Source of the DNA: Candidatus Limnocylindria bacterium
Lineage (GTDB): Bacteria > Chloroflexota > Limnocylindria > QHBO01
Direction of reading: 5' to 3'
NCBI GenBank assembly: GCA_038233215.1
Contig: JBBSML010000009.1
Coordinates: 12,688 to 76,687 of the forward strand
DNA length: 64,000 bases
In this document: positions 47,574 to 57,619 of the stretch, piece by piece
How the letters are laid out: each line of letters opens with the position of its first letter
Numbering within the stretch: position 1 is the first letter of the stretch
Position numbers and translations under genes: made by a program
The notes under the pieces: generated by a model
Told to the model about the DNA's origin: nothing
What the model saw: the letters and a program-made list of their open reading frames with translations, nothing else
Database searches by the model: none

Positions 47574-49010
47574 ATGAGCACGAACAAGCTGCCGTCGCAG
47601 ACCGACGATTTTCCGGCCTGGTACAACGAGGTCGTAAAGCGGGCCGAGCTCGCCGAGCATGGTCCGGCCAAGGGCTCGATGATCATCAAGCCGCACGGCT
47701 ACGCGATCTGGGAGCTGACGCAGCGCGCGCTCGACGACCGCTTCAAAGCGACGGGTCACGAGAACCTCTACTTCCCCCTCCTCATCCCTATGAGCCTCCT
47801 CCAGCAGGAGGCCGATCACGTCGAGGGCTTCGCGCCGCAGGTTGCCGTCGTCACGCATGGAGGCGGCCAGAAGCTCGAGGAACCGCTAGCCGTCCGCCCG
47901 ACCTCGGAGGCGATCATCTGGAGCACGTACAAGCGCTGGATCCAGAGCTATCGCGACCTGCCGCTGCTGTACAACCAGTGGAGCAACATCGTGCGCTGGG
48001 AGATGCGCACGCGCCTCTTCCTGCGCACCTCCGAGTTCCTGTGGCAGGAGGGCCACACCGCCCACGCGACCAGCGCCGAGGCACGGGAGGAGGCGCTACG
48101 CATGCTCGAGGTATACCGCGAGGTCGCGGAAGACGTCCTGGCGATACCGGTCCACAAGGGACGCAAGTCGGCCGGTGAACGATTCCCCGGCGCTGTGGAG
48201 ACATATCCGATCGAGGGCCTCATGCTTGACGGCAAGGCGCTCCAGTGCGGGACCAGCCACTTCCTTGGCCAGAACTTCGGGAAGGCCTACGATGTGACCT
48301 TCATCAACGCCGAGGGCACTTCCGAGCACGCCTGGGGAACCTCCTGGGGCTTCACCACCCGCATGATCGGCGGCACCATCATGGCCCACGGCGACGACGC
48401 CGGCCTGCGCCTGCCACCCGCGGTTGCGCCCATCCAAGTCGCCATCGTGCCGATCCATCGATCCGAAGACGAACGCGCCGCGGTGCTGAGCGTCGCCGAG
48501 AAGCTGCGATCCGACCTTGCCGCGGCGGGCATCCGTGTGCGTCTAGATGATCGCGAGCAACACCGGCCGGGCTACAAGTTTGCCGAGTGGGAGCTCAAGG
48601 GCGTGCCGGTCCGGATCGAGCTCGGACCGCGCGACGTGGCCGCCGACCGCGTGGTGATCGTCAGCCGCCTGGGCGGTGACAAGGAAGAGGTCGCCATTGC
48701 GAAGGTGGCGGGCGGGATGGCCGCGCGCCTCGCATCGGTCCAACAGGCGCTCTTCGCGGATGCACGTGCCTACCGCGACGCGAACACGCACGAGATCAGC
48801 TCATTCGACGCGTTCGCGACGGGCCTCGAGGCGGAGGGCGGCTTCTGGGTCGGCGCATGGTGCGGCGATGGCGCCTGCGAGGCCGAGATCAGCACCAAGA
48901 CGAAGGCGACCATCCGCTTCCTGCCCATCGAGCCGACGGATCCCGGCGCCGTCTGCATGCACTGCGGCAAGCCCGGCGTCGACATCGCGACCTGGGCTCG
49001 AGCGTACTGA
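47574..49010 (+). CDS. proS: Proline--tRNA ligase (archaeal/eukaryal-type form)
   Basis: VRPTSE, QWSNIVRWE, RTSEFLWQEGHT, LQCGTSH, WGTSWG, AYARAY-like C-terminus with Zn Cys pairs. Confidence 0.96.
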   Translation: MSTNKLPSQTDDFPAWYNEVVKRAELAEHGPAKGSMIIKPHGYAIWELTQRALDDRFKATGHENLYFPLLIPMSLLQQEADHVEGFAPQVAVVTHGGGQKLEEPLAVRPTSEAIIWSTYKRWIQSYRDLPLLYNQWSNIVRWEMRTRLFLRTSEFLWQEGHTAHATSAEAREEALRMLEVYREVAEDVLAIPVHKGRKSAGERFPGAVETYPIEGLMLDGKALQCGTSHFLGQNFGKAYDVTFINAEGTSEHAWGTSWGFTTRMIGGTIMAHGDDAGLRLPPAVAPIQVAIVPIHRSEDERAAVLSVAEKLRSDLAAAGIRVRLDDREQHRPGYKFAEWELKGVPVRIELGPRDVAADRVVIVSRLGGDKEEVAIAKVAGGMAARLASVQQALFADARAYRDANTHEISSFDAFATGLEAEGGFWVGAWCGDGACEAEISTKTKATIRFLPIEPTDPGAVCMHCGKPGVDIATWARAY

Positions 49011-49027
49011 TCGATGGAGGAGGAGGC

Positions 49028-49401
49028 ATGACCAACGCGATCACGAAGATGAGCTGGTGGGAGATCCCGGTGCCGGATCTGGATGACGCCAAGCGGTTCT
49101 ACGGCGAGGTTTTCGGGTGGACCTTCGATCCCTTCGGTGAAGATTACTTTGCTGTCATCGGGCCGGATGGCAACATGCTGGGCGGTATCTCCTGGCTGCC
49201 GAAGACAAGCTCGGAAACGGCGTGCGCATCACCTTCGACACCGATGACCTCGAAGGCGCGCTGGATCGGGTGACTGCGGCAGGCGGCACGGTCGTGAGCC
49301 AGCGCACCGAGATCGGCGGCGACATGGGCTGGTGGGCAGCCTTCACCGACCCGGCGGGCCGATGGATCGGATTCGCGACGGATCGACCGCTCGGCGCATG
49401 A
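49028..49401 (+). pseudogene. VOC/bleomycin-resistance family gene with a 1-nt frameshift near 49191
   Basis: WWEIPVPDLDDAKRFYGEVFGW in one frame; GVRITFDTDDLEGALDRVTAAGG...WAAFTDPAG* in another, ending in an ATGA overlap. Confidence 0.85.
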
Positions 49402-50369
49402 ACACCATCCTTGCCCCGCACATCGTCTCCATCGAGGAGATTCGGGAGGCAGCCGACCGCATCCGCGCCGTGGCCACCCGGACTCCGCTGCTGCAATGGG
49501 ACGACACCACCTGGCTCAAGCCGGAGTCGCTCCAGCCGGTCGGCGCGTTCAAGATGCGCGGCGCCTACAACAAGGTCGCTTCATTGACCGATGCGGAACG
49601 CGCGCGGGGCGTGGTGACCTACTCATCCGGCAATCACGCTCAGGCGGTGGCCCGCGCGGCACGCTTGCTGGGCGCGGCGGCCGTCATCTGCATGCCGGAG
49701 AACGCGCCCAAGGTGAAGGTGGATGGCGTCCTGCGCGACGGCGCCGAGATTGTCACGACCGGCAACGACTCGGAGGAGCGCCATCGGCGCGCGCTGCAGC
49801 TCGTCGAGGAACGAGGCCTCGTGATGGTGGAACCGTACGACGACCCCGCCATCATCGCCGGTCAGGGAACCTGCGGACTGGAGATCGTCGAAGATCTGCC
49901 GGAAGTAACGAGCGTGCTCGTGCCGGTGTCCGGCGGCGGATTGTCGTCCGGCGTGGCAACGGCCGCAAAGGCGCTGGTCCCGCGCGCGCGGGTGATCGGC
50001 GTCGAGCCTGAGCTTGCGGCAGATGCAAAGGAGTCGCTCGAGCGCGGCGAGATCGTGCACTGGACCGCGGATCAGACGGTGCGGACCATGGCGGACGGGC
50101 TGCGTACGAATTCCCTCGGACCACTACCGTTCGAACACCTGCGCCGTTTCATGGACGAGATCGTCACCGTCAGCGAAAGCGAGATTGCCGACGCGATGCG
50201 TCAGCTCGCCCGCCGCGCACGCCTGGTGGTGGAGCCGTCGGGCGCGGCCTCCATGGCAGCCCATCTCGCTGATCGTGCGCCACGCGTGAACGGCGACGAC
50301 GCGCGGGTGGTGATCATCTCCGGCGGCAACGTCGACCCGGAGCTCTTCGTGCGCATCCTGGCGGGGTAG
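49398..50369 (+). CDS. PLP-dependent threonine/serine dehydratase (racemase-like)
   Basis: KPESLQPVGAFKMRG, SSGNHAQ, GQGTCG, VSGGGL, SGGN. Confidence 0.92.
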   Translation: MNTILAPHIVSIEEIREAADRIRAVATRTPLLQWDDTTWLKPESLQPVGAFKMRGAYNKVASLTDAERARGVVTYSSGNHAQAVARAARLLGAAAVICMPENAPKVKVDGVLRDGAEIVTTGNDSEERHRRALQLVEERGLVMVEPYDDPAIIAGQGTCGLEIVEDLPEVTSVLVPVSGGGLSSGVATAAKALVPRARVIGVEPELAADAKESLERGEIVHWTADQTVRTMADGLRTNSLGPLPFEHLRRFMDEIVTVSESEIADAMRQLARRARLVVEPSGAASMAAHLADRAPRVNGDDARVVIISGGNVDPELFVRILAG

Positions 50370-50388
50370 TTGCGCGATCCGCTCCGAC

Positions 50389-50559
50389 CGCCGCTCAGCG
50401 GCGCCACCCCGCACGAGGCAGATACCGGGATGGCTGCCGCGTCCCCCGGTCACCAATTGAGCTGCTGAGCGGCGCAATGCCGACCCGGGCAGGCGGATCA
50501 CCAGGCCCGGCAGTCCCGTGCGTGGTCCACTGGCTCAGTCAGCGCCGTTCAGCGGCGCC
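50389..50559. repeat. Intergenic A-A'-A mosaic repeat
   Basis: CGCCG(C/T)TCAGCGGCGCC at 50389 and 50543; inverted GCTGAGCGGCG at 50464-50474. Confidence 0.7.
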
Positions 50560-50584
50560 GACGGGCAATCCCAGGCGCCCGCGA

Positions 50585-51919
50585 TCAGCCGCCGCTGAGC
50601 AGCTCAACGGCCCGGTCAAGCTGCGGATCATCGCCACCCAACGGATCCTCGGGCGAGGCGACGATCACGTCAGGGGCGATCCCGTCGGGCGCCGCGGAAT
50701 TGTGCTCGGGCGTGAACCATCGGTCGGTGGTGATGCGCAGGCCGCCGCCGTTCGGCAGGTCGTTCCAGATCTGGACGGTGTTCTTGCCGAAGGTCGGCTC
50801 CCCAAGGATGGTCGCGCGGCCATTCTCCTGTAACGCCGCCGCGACGATCTCCGACGCGGAAGCGGACCCCTCGTCAACCAGCACGACCACGGAAATCGCA
50901 TCGGTCTGGGCAAGGCCGCCCGGCTCCGATTCCCAGCGCTGCACATCCTCACCGGACTCGACGGTGAAGAGCAGCTCGCCGGGCGCCACGAACTCGCTGG
51001 CGATGCCCTGCGCGGTGACGATGAATCCACCGGGATTGCCGCGCAGATCGAACACGAGCGAGGTGGCGCCCTGCTCGAGCAAGGCCCCGAGCTCCTCACG
51101 GAAGAGGCCCGTGGCACGATCGGTGAATGTCGTCAGCCGGATGTAGCCGATGCCATCTGAGAGGATCTCGGCCTCAACCTCGCGAAGGTCGATCACCGCG
51201 CGCGTGATGGTGATATCGAGCTCCTCGTCGTCGCGGTCGACGGTGAGCGTGACATCGGTCCCGGCTTCGCCACGAACCTCGAAAACCAGTGAGCTGACCG
51301 ACTCACCGACCGTGGAGACGCCGTCGATCTCGAGCACCAGGTCGCCGGCACGCAATCCGGCCTCCTCGGCCGGGGAGCCGGCGAGCGGCGCGACGATGAC
51401 CATGGCGCAGTTCTGCGTCACAACCGTGCACGCGGCGAGGTCATCGGCCTCGATGAGGTTCTCCATGCCGACCTCGGCGCCGATGCCGCTGAACTCGCCG
51501 GTCAGATCGTCCAGTGCAGATCCGTACTGGTCGGGCGGCAGGTAGCCGGAGTACGGATCCTCGAGCCCGAACTCGATCATCCCGCGCACCGCGCCGTCGA
51601 CGAGCTCCTCGTCGCTGATCTCGTCGACGTACTCACCCTTGATCTGGGCGTAGGTCTCGCACAGGACAGCGAACGCCTCGGTCGGCTCGGCGCAGGTCAC
51701 CGTCTCGAGTGTCGGCGTTGCCGCTGGCGCGGATGCCTCGGAGGGCACAGCTCCCGAAGGTGCCTCGGAGGTCGACGGGTCCGCCTGCGCGGCCCCCGGC
51801 CCATCGCTGCCGACGGCGAGGCCGGCGACGAAGGTGAGAGCGCCGAAGAGGAGGAGGACCGCGATCAGCGCGGCGGCGCTGGCTGCCGGCGATCGACGGG
51901 TGCGTGCCTTGACGGTCAT
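50585..51919 (-). CDS. ctpA: C-terminal processing peptidase S41 (PDZ)
   Basis: DPYSGY, FSGIGA, DLRGNPGG, SASASEIVA, TFGK, DPQLDRA. Confidence 0.93.
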   Translation of the reverse strand: MTVKARTRRSPAASAAALIAVLLLFGALTFVAGLAVGSDGPGAAQADPSTSEAPSGAVPSEASAPAATPTLETVTCAEPTEAFAVLCETYAQIKGEYVDEISDEELVDGAVRGMIEFGLEDPYSGYLPPDQYGSALDDLTGEFSGIGAEVGMENLIEADDLAACTVVTQNCAMVIVAPLAGSPAEEAGLRAGDLVLEIDGVSTVGESVSSLVFEVRGEAGTDVTLTVDRDDEELDITITRAVIDLREVEAEILSDGIGYIRLTTFTDRATGLFREELGALLEQGATSLVFDLRGNPGGFIVTAQGIASEFVAPGELLFTVESGEDVQRWESEPGGLAQTDAISVVVLVDEGSASASEIVAAALQENGRATILGEPTFGKNTVQIWNDLPNGGGLRITTDRWFTPEHNSAAPDGIAPDVIVASPEDPLGGDDPQLDRAVELLSGG

Positions 51920-51990
51920 GGAGTCTGTCCTGCGGTACGGGGGACGCGGAGGCGCATTCTCCTGCGAAACGCAGTCGCGCGCTCAGCGCA

Positions 51991-52791
51991 TCACCGGCGG
52001 ACGGCGCGGAGCCCGAGGAAGATCGGGATCTCAGCGTTCGCGCGGGCGTCTCCGCGTGTCGCCTTTCCGGGCCGTCGGTCCGGTGGCAGATCCGGGGTCT
52101 CGAGCATGGCGTCGACGGCGAACCCGGCAACGGCGAAGGCGTTCACGTAGGTGCTGATGGGCCGATGGAATGACCGCGTCGGCAATCCACCGCCCAGCGA
52201 CTTCATCGGCACCGCCATCTCGCCCAGGTAGGCATCGATGCGCCGATACGTCAGCTTCCGACCCTCGTCGAGGCCCCAGCCGGAATGGCGCGGCTGCCGA
52301 AACGCCGGGTGAGTCATCAGGAGCACGACGCGACCACGTGAGCCCAGCGCCCAGTCCACCCCGCGAACCACGTCCTCGAGTGGATCCATGTCCTGGATGC
52401 AGAGCAGGAAGACGGCCGCGTCGTAGCCACCCAGCTCGAGTCCCGCGACCGCCGGCAGCCGCCGTGCGTCGCCCACCAGGAAGCGTGCGTTGGGCAATCC
52501 CGCATGACGGCGCTCGGCCGCGGCGATCAGCCTTGCCGAGGCGTCGACGACGGTGACGGCCGCGCCTGCCTCAGTGAGATACGGAGCCAGCACTCCCTGG
52601 CCACCGCCGATATCCAGGATCTCCTCGCCGTGCTGCGCCTGGAGCAGATCGAGCACGGCCGGGATGGCCAGCTCCCGATGGTAGGTCGAGCCGTGGTCGC
52701 CGACCCAGCCGTCGTACCAGGTCGCGACGCGCTCCCAGCTCGTCTCGCGCGGCACGCCGCTGCCGCCGCCGTCACGAAGTCGGCTCATCAA
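51991..52791 (-). CDS. Class I SAM-dependent methyltransferase
   Basis: LDIGGGQG, VDAS, HPAF, HRPISTY. Confidence 0.87.
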   Translation of the reverse strand: MMSRLRDGGGSGVPRETSWERVATWYDGWVGDHGSTYHRELAIPAVLDLLQAQHGEEILDIGGGQGVLAPYLTEAGAAVTVVDASARLIAAAERRHAGLPNARFLVGDARRLPAVAGLELGGYDAAVFLLCIQDMDPLEDVVRGVDWALGSRGRVVLLMTHPAFRQPRHSGWGLDEGRKLTYRRIDAYLGEMAVPMKSLGGGLPTRSFHRPISTYVNAFAVAGFAVDAMLETPDLPPDRRPGKATRGDARANAEIPIFLGLRAVRR

Positions 52792-52828
52792 TCAAGTATG
52801 GCGAATCGCGAGCGACGTACGTACGGGC

Positions 52829-53602
52829 TCAGGGCGAGCAGATCCCATGTTCAACGCAGAGCGTGGCATCTCGCGGCGGAACCTCCGAACCGTCGAACAG
52901 GGACCGATCGCCGAGTGGCTCCGGAAGCCGGAGCAGATGGGGCGTCTCCGGGTTGCCCGGGCAGTCGTGTCCACCGTCGCGTGGTCGAACGGCGAAGACG
53001 ACGGTGACGGCCGCATCGGTGAGCAGGATCGTTGGATCGGCGATACGCCCACGGGCATTCTCCCCGCTGTTACAGGCCCGCTCGGTGACGAGGACCGGGA
53101 TCTCCGTCAGCAGGGGACCGAGCTCGGTCGCGGGGTCGACGCGGAACGAGGCCAACCCAAGCTGCGGTCCCACATCTGCCTGCAGCCGGCACTGACCCCA
53201 GCCGCCGATTTGCCATCCATCGCCGTCGTGCGTGACGGTCACCTCGGCATACGGCGGATCGGTCCCGGGTTCGGCATCGGCGACGTATGCCACCTCGGTG
53301 TCGGTCCGGACGACCTCCCGCCATCCGGTCTCGGGCAGCCACTCGGTTTCGGGACCGGACTCGGACAGGTGGCGACGGAGGACCTTTGCCGCAGGATCGT
53401 CGGACAGTTCGGCACTGCCCGGCTCGTCGAGGAGGGCTGCGGGAAAACCAGGCCCGCCACATGAGACCTGCGCTGCCGCACGCACAGGGTCGATCTCGGT
53501 GGATGGGTCCTGGGAGGGGACGACTGAAGGCATCGATCTCGGAACAACGTTGCATCCGAGGAGAAGGAGTGCGCTCATGGCGAGCGCGATCATGAACCGC
53601 AT
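52829..53602 (-). CDS. Cys-rich lipoprotein of unknown function
   Basis: Lipobox LLGC from ATG 53602; CGG, CRL, TERACNSG, CPGNP. Confidence 0.75.
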   Translation of the reverse strand: MRFMIALAMSALLLLGCNVVPRSMPSVVPSQDPSTEIDPVRAAAQVSCGGPGFPAALLDEPGSAELSDDPAAKVLRRHLSESGPETEWLPETGWREVVRTDTEVAYVADAEPGTDPPYAEVTVTHDGDGWQIGGWGQCRLQADVGPQLGLASFRVDPATELGPLLTEIPVLVTERACNSGENARGRIADPTILLTDAAVTVVFAVRPRDGGHDCPGNPETPHLLRLPEPLGDRSLFDGSEVPPRDATLCVEHGICSP

Positions 53603-53645
53603 GAAGAGGGAGACGCGCTGGGTGGGCGATTGGTGGCACAACAGC

Positions 53646-54392
53646 TCAATCCCGGACAGCGACGACTGCCGGTCCGCGGCGCACGCCGGCAAGGACAACG
53701 GCGGCGACGACCGCCACGCCGACGCCGATGATGCCGATCACCCCGAACCCCCAGCCGAAGCCTCCGACATCGGCGACGCCGCCCGCGATGAATGGGCCGA
53801 TGCCAAGTCCGGCCGACAGCGAGGTGCCGTAGCCGCCGAGGCCGGTGGCGCGCAGCTCGGGTCGCGCAACCTCGCTGATCGTGACCTGCACCATCATGAG
53901 CGTGAAGGCGAGCAGGACCACGCCGCCGATGAGGACGAGCAGGATGCCCGGCACGCCGCCCTGGAAGCCGAGCAGAGCCATGGCGATCCCGTACCCGCCG
54001 GCAGTCACCGCGGCCGCGATGGGTGGAATGGGGCGGCGGTCGATGAGCCTCCCGAGCGGGACGCGCGAGGCGCCGTTCGCCAGCGACTGCGCTGCGAGCA
54101 GGAGGCCGACCGTCCCGACGGCCAGACCGACGCCCGTGCCGAAGAGCGGGAAGAGGCCAGCCACCGCTCCCCACGGCAGGCCGATCGCGAGGGCCGCCAG
54201 CCACGTTCCGAGGATGGCGCGCTGCCGGGCAACCTCGGCAACCATGCCGGGCAACCGTGCGAAACGGACCCTGGTGCGCATGCTTGATGCGACGAACAGC
54301 GCGCCGACGATGGCCGTCATGCCAAAGAACGAGGATGCCAGGTAGGTCGGCACCGGACCGCCGAACTCCCAGATCAGGCCGCCCAGAAAGGA
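53646..54392 (-). pseudogene. MFS transporter missing its N-terminal ~4 TM helices
   Basis: Begins mid-protein at FLGGLIWEFGG; motif A-like GRLIDRR in the C-half; about 248 aa remain. Confidence 0.75.
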
Positions 54393-55266
54393 CGAGCGGC
54401 GCATCGGGGTAGAATGCGACGATCGCATCAAGACCATCCGTCAGCGCGGCCAGGTAGCCTTCCCCATCGGTTCCGGCGCCGAGGGGTAGGTTCAGGTTCG
54501 TACCCTCGCCGCGACCCTCGCCCCGCTCGCCAGCGTAGCCGGAAAAGTACGGATAGATGCCTCCCGGATCTCCGTGGAGGCTGACGTAGAGGACGTCGTC
54601 GCGTTGCCAGAAGATCTGCTGCGTGCCGTTGCCGTGATGGAAGTCGACGTCCAGGATGGCGACCCGCTGAGCGCCGCGATCGATGATCGATTGCGCCACG
54701 ATCGCGGCATTGTTGAAGAAGCAGTACCCGCCGATCAGGTTGCGTCCTGCGTGGTGTCCGGGTGGCCGGCACAGCCCATAGGCGAGCAGAGCGCCTTCGA
54801 GCACCCGGTCCGCCGCGGTGAGCGCGATGTCGACCGCGGCACGAGCTGCGTTCGCCGTCCCGGCCACGATCGGCGTGGCGGTGTCGAAGCAATAAGCTCC
54901 GAGTCTGAGATGGCGTCCGGCCGGCAGATCGTCAAGGGCCATCAGCCCGATGTAGCTCTGCAGCATGAAGGTGTCCGGCAGGAGGGGCCTGGACGCGTCC
55001 CATCCGTCGGCAACCGCATCGGTCCAGACATGCTCGACAAGGTCGATCAGCTCCACCTCGTGAACCGCGGAGATGGCGTCCGGACCGTGAGCACCTGGGG
55101 GCTCGAGGACATAGTCACCGGTGGAGAGCAGCGCCTCCCTGATGGCCGTCGCTCGGTCGGGGGATTCGTAGCACGGGATCTCGCGACCGGCCGCCAGCTC
55201 GATCAACCCGGCATGGGCGAGATGGTCGTCGGAGGCGATCAGCGGTGTCGGAAGAACGTCGGCCAC
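54385..55266 (-). pseudogene. Histone deacetylase family (acetylpolyamine amidohydrolase type), 3'-truncated
   Basis: RPPGHHA, GGYCFFNN, DVDFHHGNGTQ, SLHGDP present; breaks after DAPLVLS, lacking the GFD and EGGY motifs. Confidence 0.8.
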
Positions 55267-55419
55267 GGCTCATCCATCGGCTGCTGGGAGGCGGATTGGC
55301 GAAACGATACGCGCGGGGATGAGCGTACCGGACATCGATGCCGAAGGCAGAAATGCTTCACGGTGAACGACTCCAGGTCCAAGACCGTATGCTCGGCAGA
55401 CACAGGACTCGGAGAGCTC

Positions 55420-56376
55420 TTGACCGATCCCCATGGCGGCGCGCGACTGTGGCGAAGCTTGCGCGAAGAAGTTGCACGGGCCGTCGTCGGTGCGGAGGGC
55501 TCGCTGCGCCTCCTGACCGTGGCCCTCCTCGCCGAGGGTCACGCGCTGCTCGAGGATGTCCCCGGCGTGGGCAAGACGCTCGTCGCCCGGGCGTTTGCAC
55601 GAGCGCTCGGCCTCGACTTCGGGCGCGTGCAGGGGACGCCCGACCTGCTGCCGTCTGACGTCACCGGCTCCAGCATCCTCGCCGATGGCGCGTTCCGTTT
55701 CATAGCCGGACCGATTTTCACGAACGTCCTGCTGGTCGACGAGATCAACCGGGCGACTCCCCGAACGCAGTCGGCGCTGCTCGAGGCGATGCAGGAGCGC
55801 CAGGTGAGCGTCGACGGCGAGACGCGCCCGATTCCCGCGCCCTTCGTCGTGCTGGCCACACAGAACCCGGTGGAGCTCGAGGGCACCTTCGCCCTCCCCG
55901 AGGCGCAGCTGGATCGGTTCCTGGTCCGCATCGTGCTCGGCTATCCGGACGAGGCCGATGAGCGCGCCATCGCGCGCCGGTACCGAGCGACGGACGAGCC
56001 ACTCGACGCCGTGCGGGCGGTGATTGATCGCGCCGAGCTGGCACTCCTTCGCGATGCGACCCGTCAGATAGCGGTCAGCGACGAGGTCGAGGCGTACCTC
56101 GTGCGCATCGTTCGCGCCACCAGGGAGCATGCCGACCTTCAGCTCGGTGCCAGCCCGCGCGCCAGCGTTGCGCTCTATCGCGCGGCCCAGGCGCTGGCGT
56201 ACATCGACGGCCGCGATTTCGTGCTCCCCGACGACGTGTCGGCCCTGGCCGACGCCGTGCTGACGCATCGGCTGGTCGTGGACATCGATCGCGAGCTGCG
56301 CGGAGCCACCGCGGGCGACGTCATCCGCGAAGTGCTCGCGACGGTGCCGGTCGGAGTCGGCGCGGACGTGAGCTGA
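55420..56376 (+). CDS. moxR: MoxR family AAA+ ATPase
   Basis: EDVPGVGKT, TPDLLPSD, DEINRATPRTQSALL, ATQNPVE, AQLDRF. TTG start. Confidence 0.93.
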   Translation: MTDPHGGARLWRSLREEVARAVVGAEGSLRLLTVALLAEGHALLEDVPGVGKTLVARAFARALGLDFGRVQGTPDLLPSDVTGSSILADGAFRFIAGPIFTNVLLVDEINRATPRTQSALLEAMQERQVSVDGETRPIPAPFVVLATQNPVELEGTFALPEAQLDRFLVRIVLGYPDEADERAIARRYRATDEPLDAVRAVIDRAELALLRDATRQIAVSDEVEAYLVRIVRATREHADLQLGASPRASVALYRAAQALAYIDGRDFVLPDDVSALADAVLTHRLVVDIDRELRGATAGDVIREVLATVPVGVGADVS

Positions 56377-56386
56377 GGCAGCGGCC

Positions 56387-57619
56387 GTGAACGGTTGGAG
56401 CCTGATCGGGCTCGCGATGGTGATCGCCGGTGCCCTGCTCGGCGCGCCCGGGCTCCTGCTGATCGGTGGGCTCACGCTGCTGTCGCGCTGGCTGACGACG
56501 CTCTGGTCGCGCTACGGGCTTCGCTCGATCGGATATGAACGGCGCATCGGCACGGAGCGAGCGGTGTGGGGTGACCAGGTCCCGCTGGACATCGAAGTCT
56601 GGAACCGCAAGCTGCTGCCGGTGCCGCTCCTGACCGCTGACGATCACGTGACCGATACCCTGCGCGTCACCGGGAGGACGCTCGTGGCCAGCGAGCGACC
56701 GGGCCAGAGCGTCCTCCAGAATTCATGGTCACTTCTCTGGTACGAGCGCGTCGTCCGGCACCTGGTCATCGACGCCCGACGCCGTGGCACGTTCACGTTC
56801 GGGCCGATCAGGCTGACGGTCAGCGATCTGTTCGAGCGGGGCACCAACAACGAGGATCGCGAGCTGCCGGCAGAGCTGCTCGTCCGACCGCGCACCGTGC
56901 CGGTCCGTGCACCACACACCGCGCAGGCGCCACTCGGAACAGCGAAAAGCCGTGCCAGCCTGTTCACTGATCCGTCCCGGTTCGCGGGCGTTCGTCGCTA
57001 CGAGCCCGGTGACCCGATGCGTCGCATCCACTGGCGCGCCACCGCCCGTCTCGGCGAGCCGGTGAGCCGTCGCTACGAGCCGGTCCACGAGCGACAGGTC
57101 CTGCTCGCGGTCGATCTCCAGACCGTTCCGGGCCCCTACTGGCTGATGCTCTTCGACGACGACCAGGTCGAAGCCCTGTGCGTCGCGGCGGCCTCGCTCG
57201 CACGGCGCATGCTGCGCACCGATACGGCATGCGGCCTGCTCGTCGGAGCACAGCTCGCCGGAGGCCGCCGTTGGGCCTATTTGCCGCCATCGGCCGCGGC
57301 CAGCCAGTTAGGCCGTATCGAGGACATCCTCGCACGCGTGCAGCCGATCCTGTCGCTTCCGTTCGAGCGGCTGCTGAGCGTGGTTCCGAAGCGGCTCGCG
57401 CCCGGGGGCACCATCGTGAGCATGGGCGCACGAGATCCCGAGCCATATACCGATCGCCTTCGCCGGCTGTCGCGCAGCGGATACGCCGTCACACATCTGA
57501 CCTTCGGACCCGACCGCGAGGTTCATCGGTCGCAGATGGCCGCCCTCGGCGTCCAGGCCCGCGTAGCCGAGCTCGACCCGAACTGGAGGGAGGCGGATGC
57601 GCTCGTCCTGGCGGGCTGA
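56387..57619 (+). CDS. DUF58 domain protein
   Basis: RRG.F.FGP, GVRRYEPGDPMRRIHWRATAR. Confidence 0.9.
   Translation: MNGWSLIGLAMVIAGALLGAPGLLLIGGLTLLSRWLTTLWSRYGLRSIGYERRIGTERAVWGDQVPLDIEVWNRKLLPVPLLTADDHVTDTLRVTGRTLVASERPGQSVLQNSWSLLWYERVVRHLVIDARRRGTFTFGPIRLTVSDLFERGTNNEDRELPAELLVRPRTVPVRAPHTAQAPLGTAKSRASLFTDPSRFAGVRRYEPGDPMRRIHWRATARLGEPVSRRYEPVHERQVLLAVDLQTVPGPYWLMLFDDDQVEALCVAAASLARRMLRTDTACGLLVGAQLAGGRRWAYLPPSAAASQLGRIEDILARVQPILSLPFERLLSVVPKRLAPGGTIVSMGARDPEPYTDRLRRLSRSGYAVTHLTFGPDREVHRSQMAALGVQARVAELDPNWREADALVLAG

Noticed and set aside
47574-49010. Archaeal/eukaryal-type ProRS as a sign of horizontal transfer
   Set aside because: This form is the normal one in several bacterial phyla.
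53590-55266. 558-aa full-length HDAC ORF as listed in the track
   Set aside because: The C-terminal ~265 aa are an out-of-frame reading of the MFS fragment, not a real domain.
54574-55419. N-terminal 280-aa extension of MoxR
   Set aside because: Antisense to the HDAC gene; MoxR homology starts near TTG 55420.
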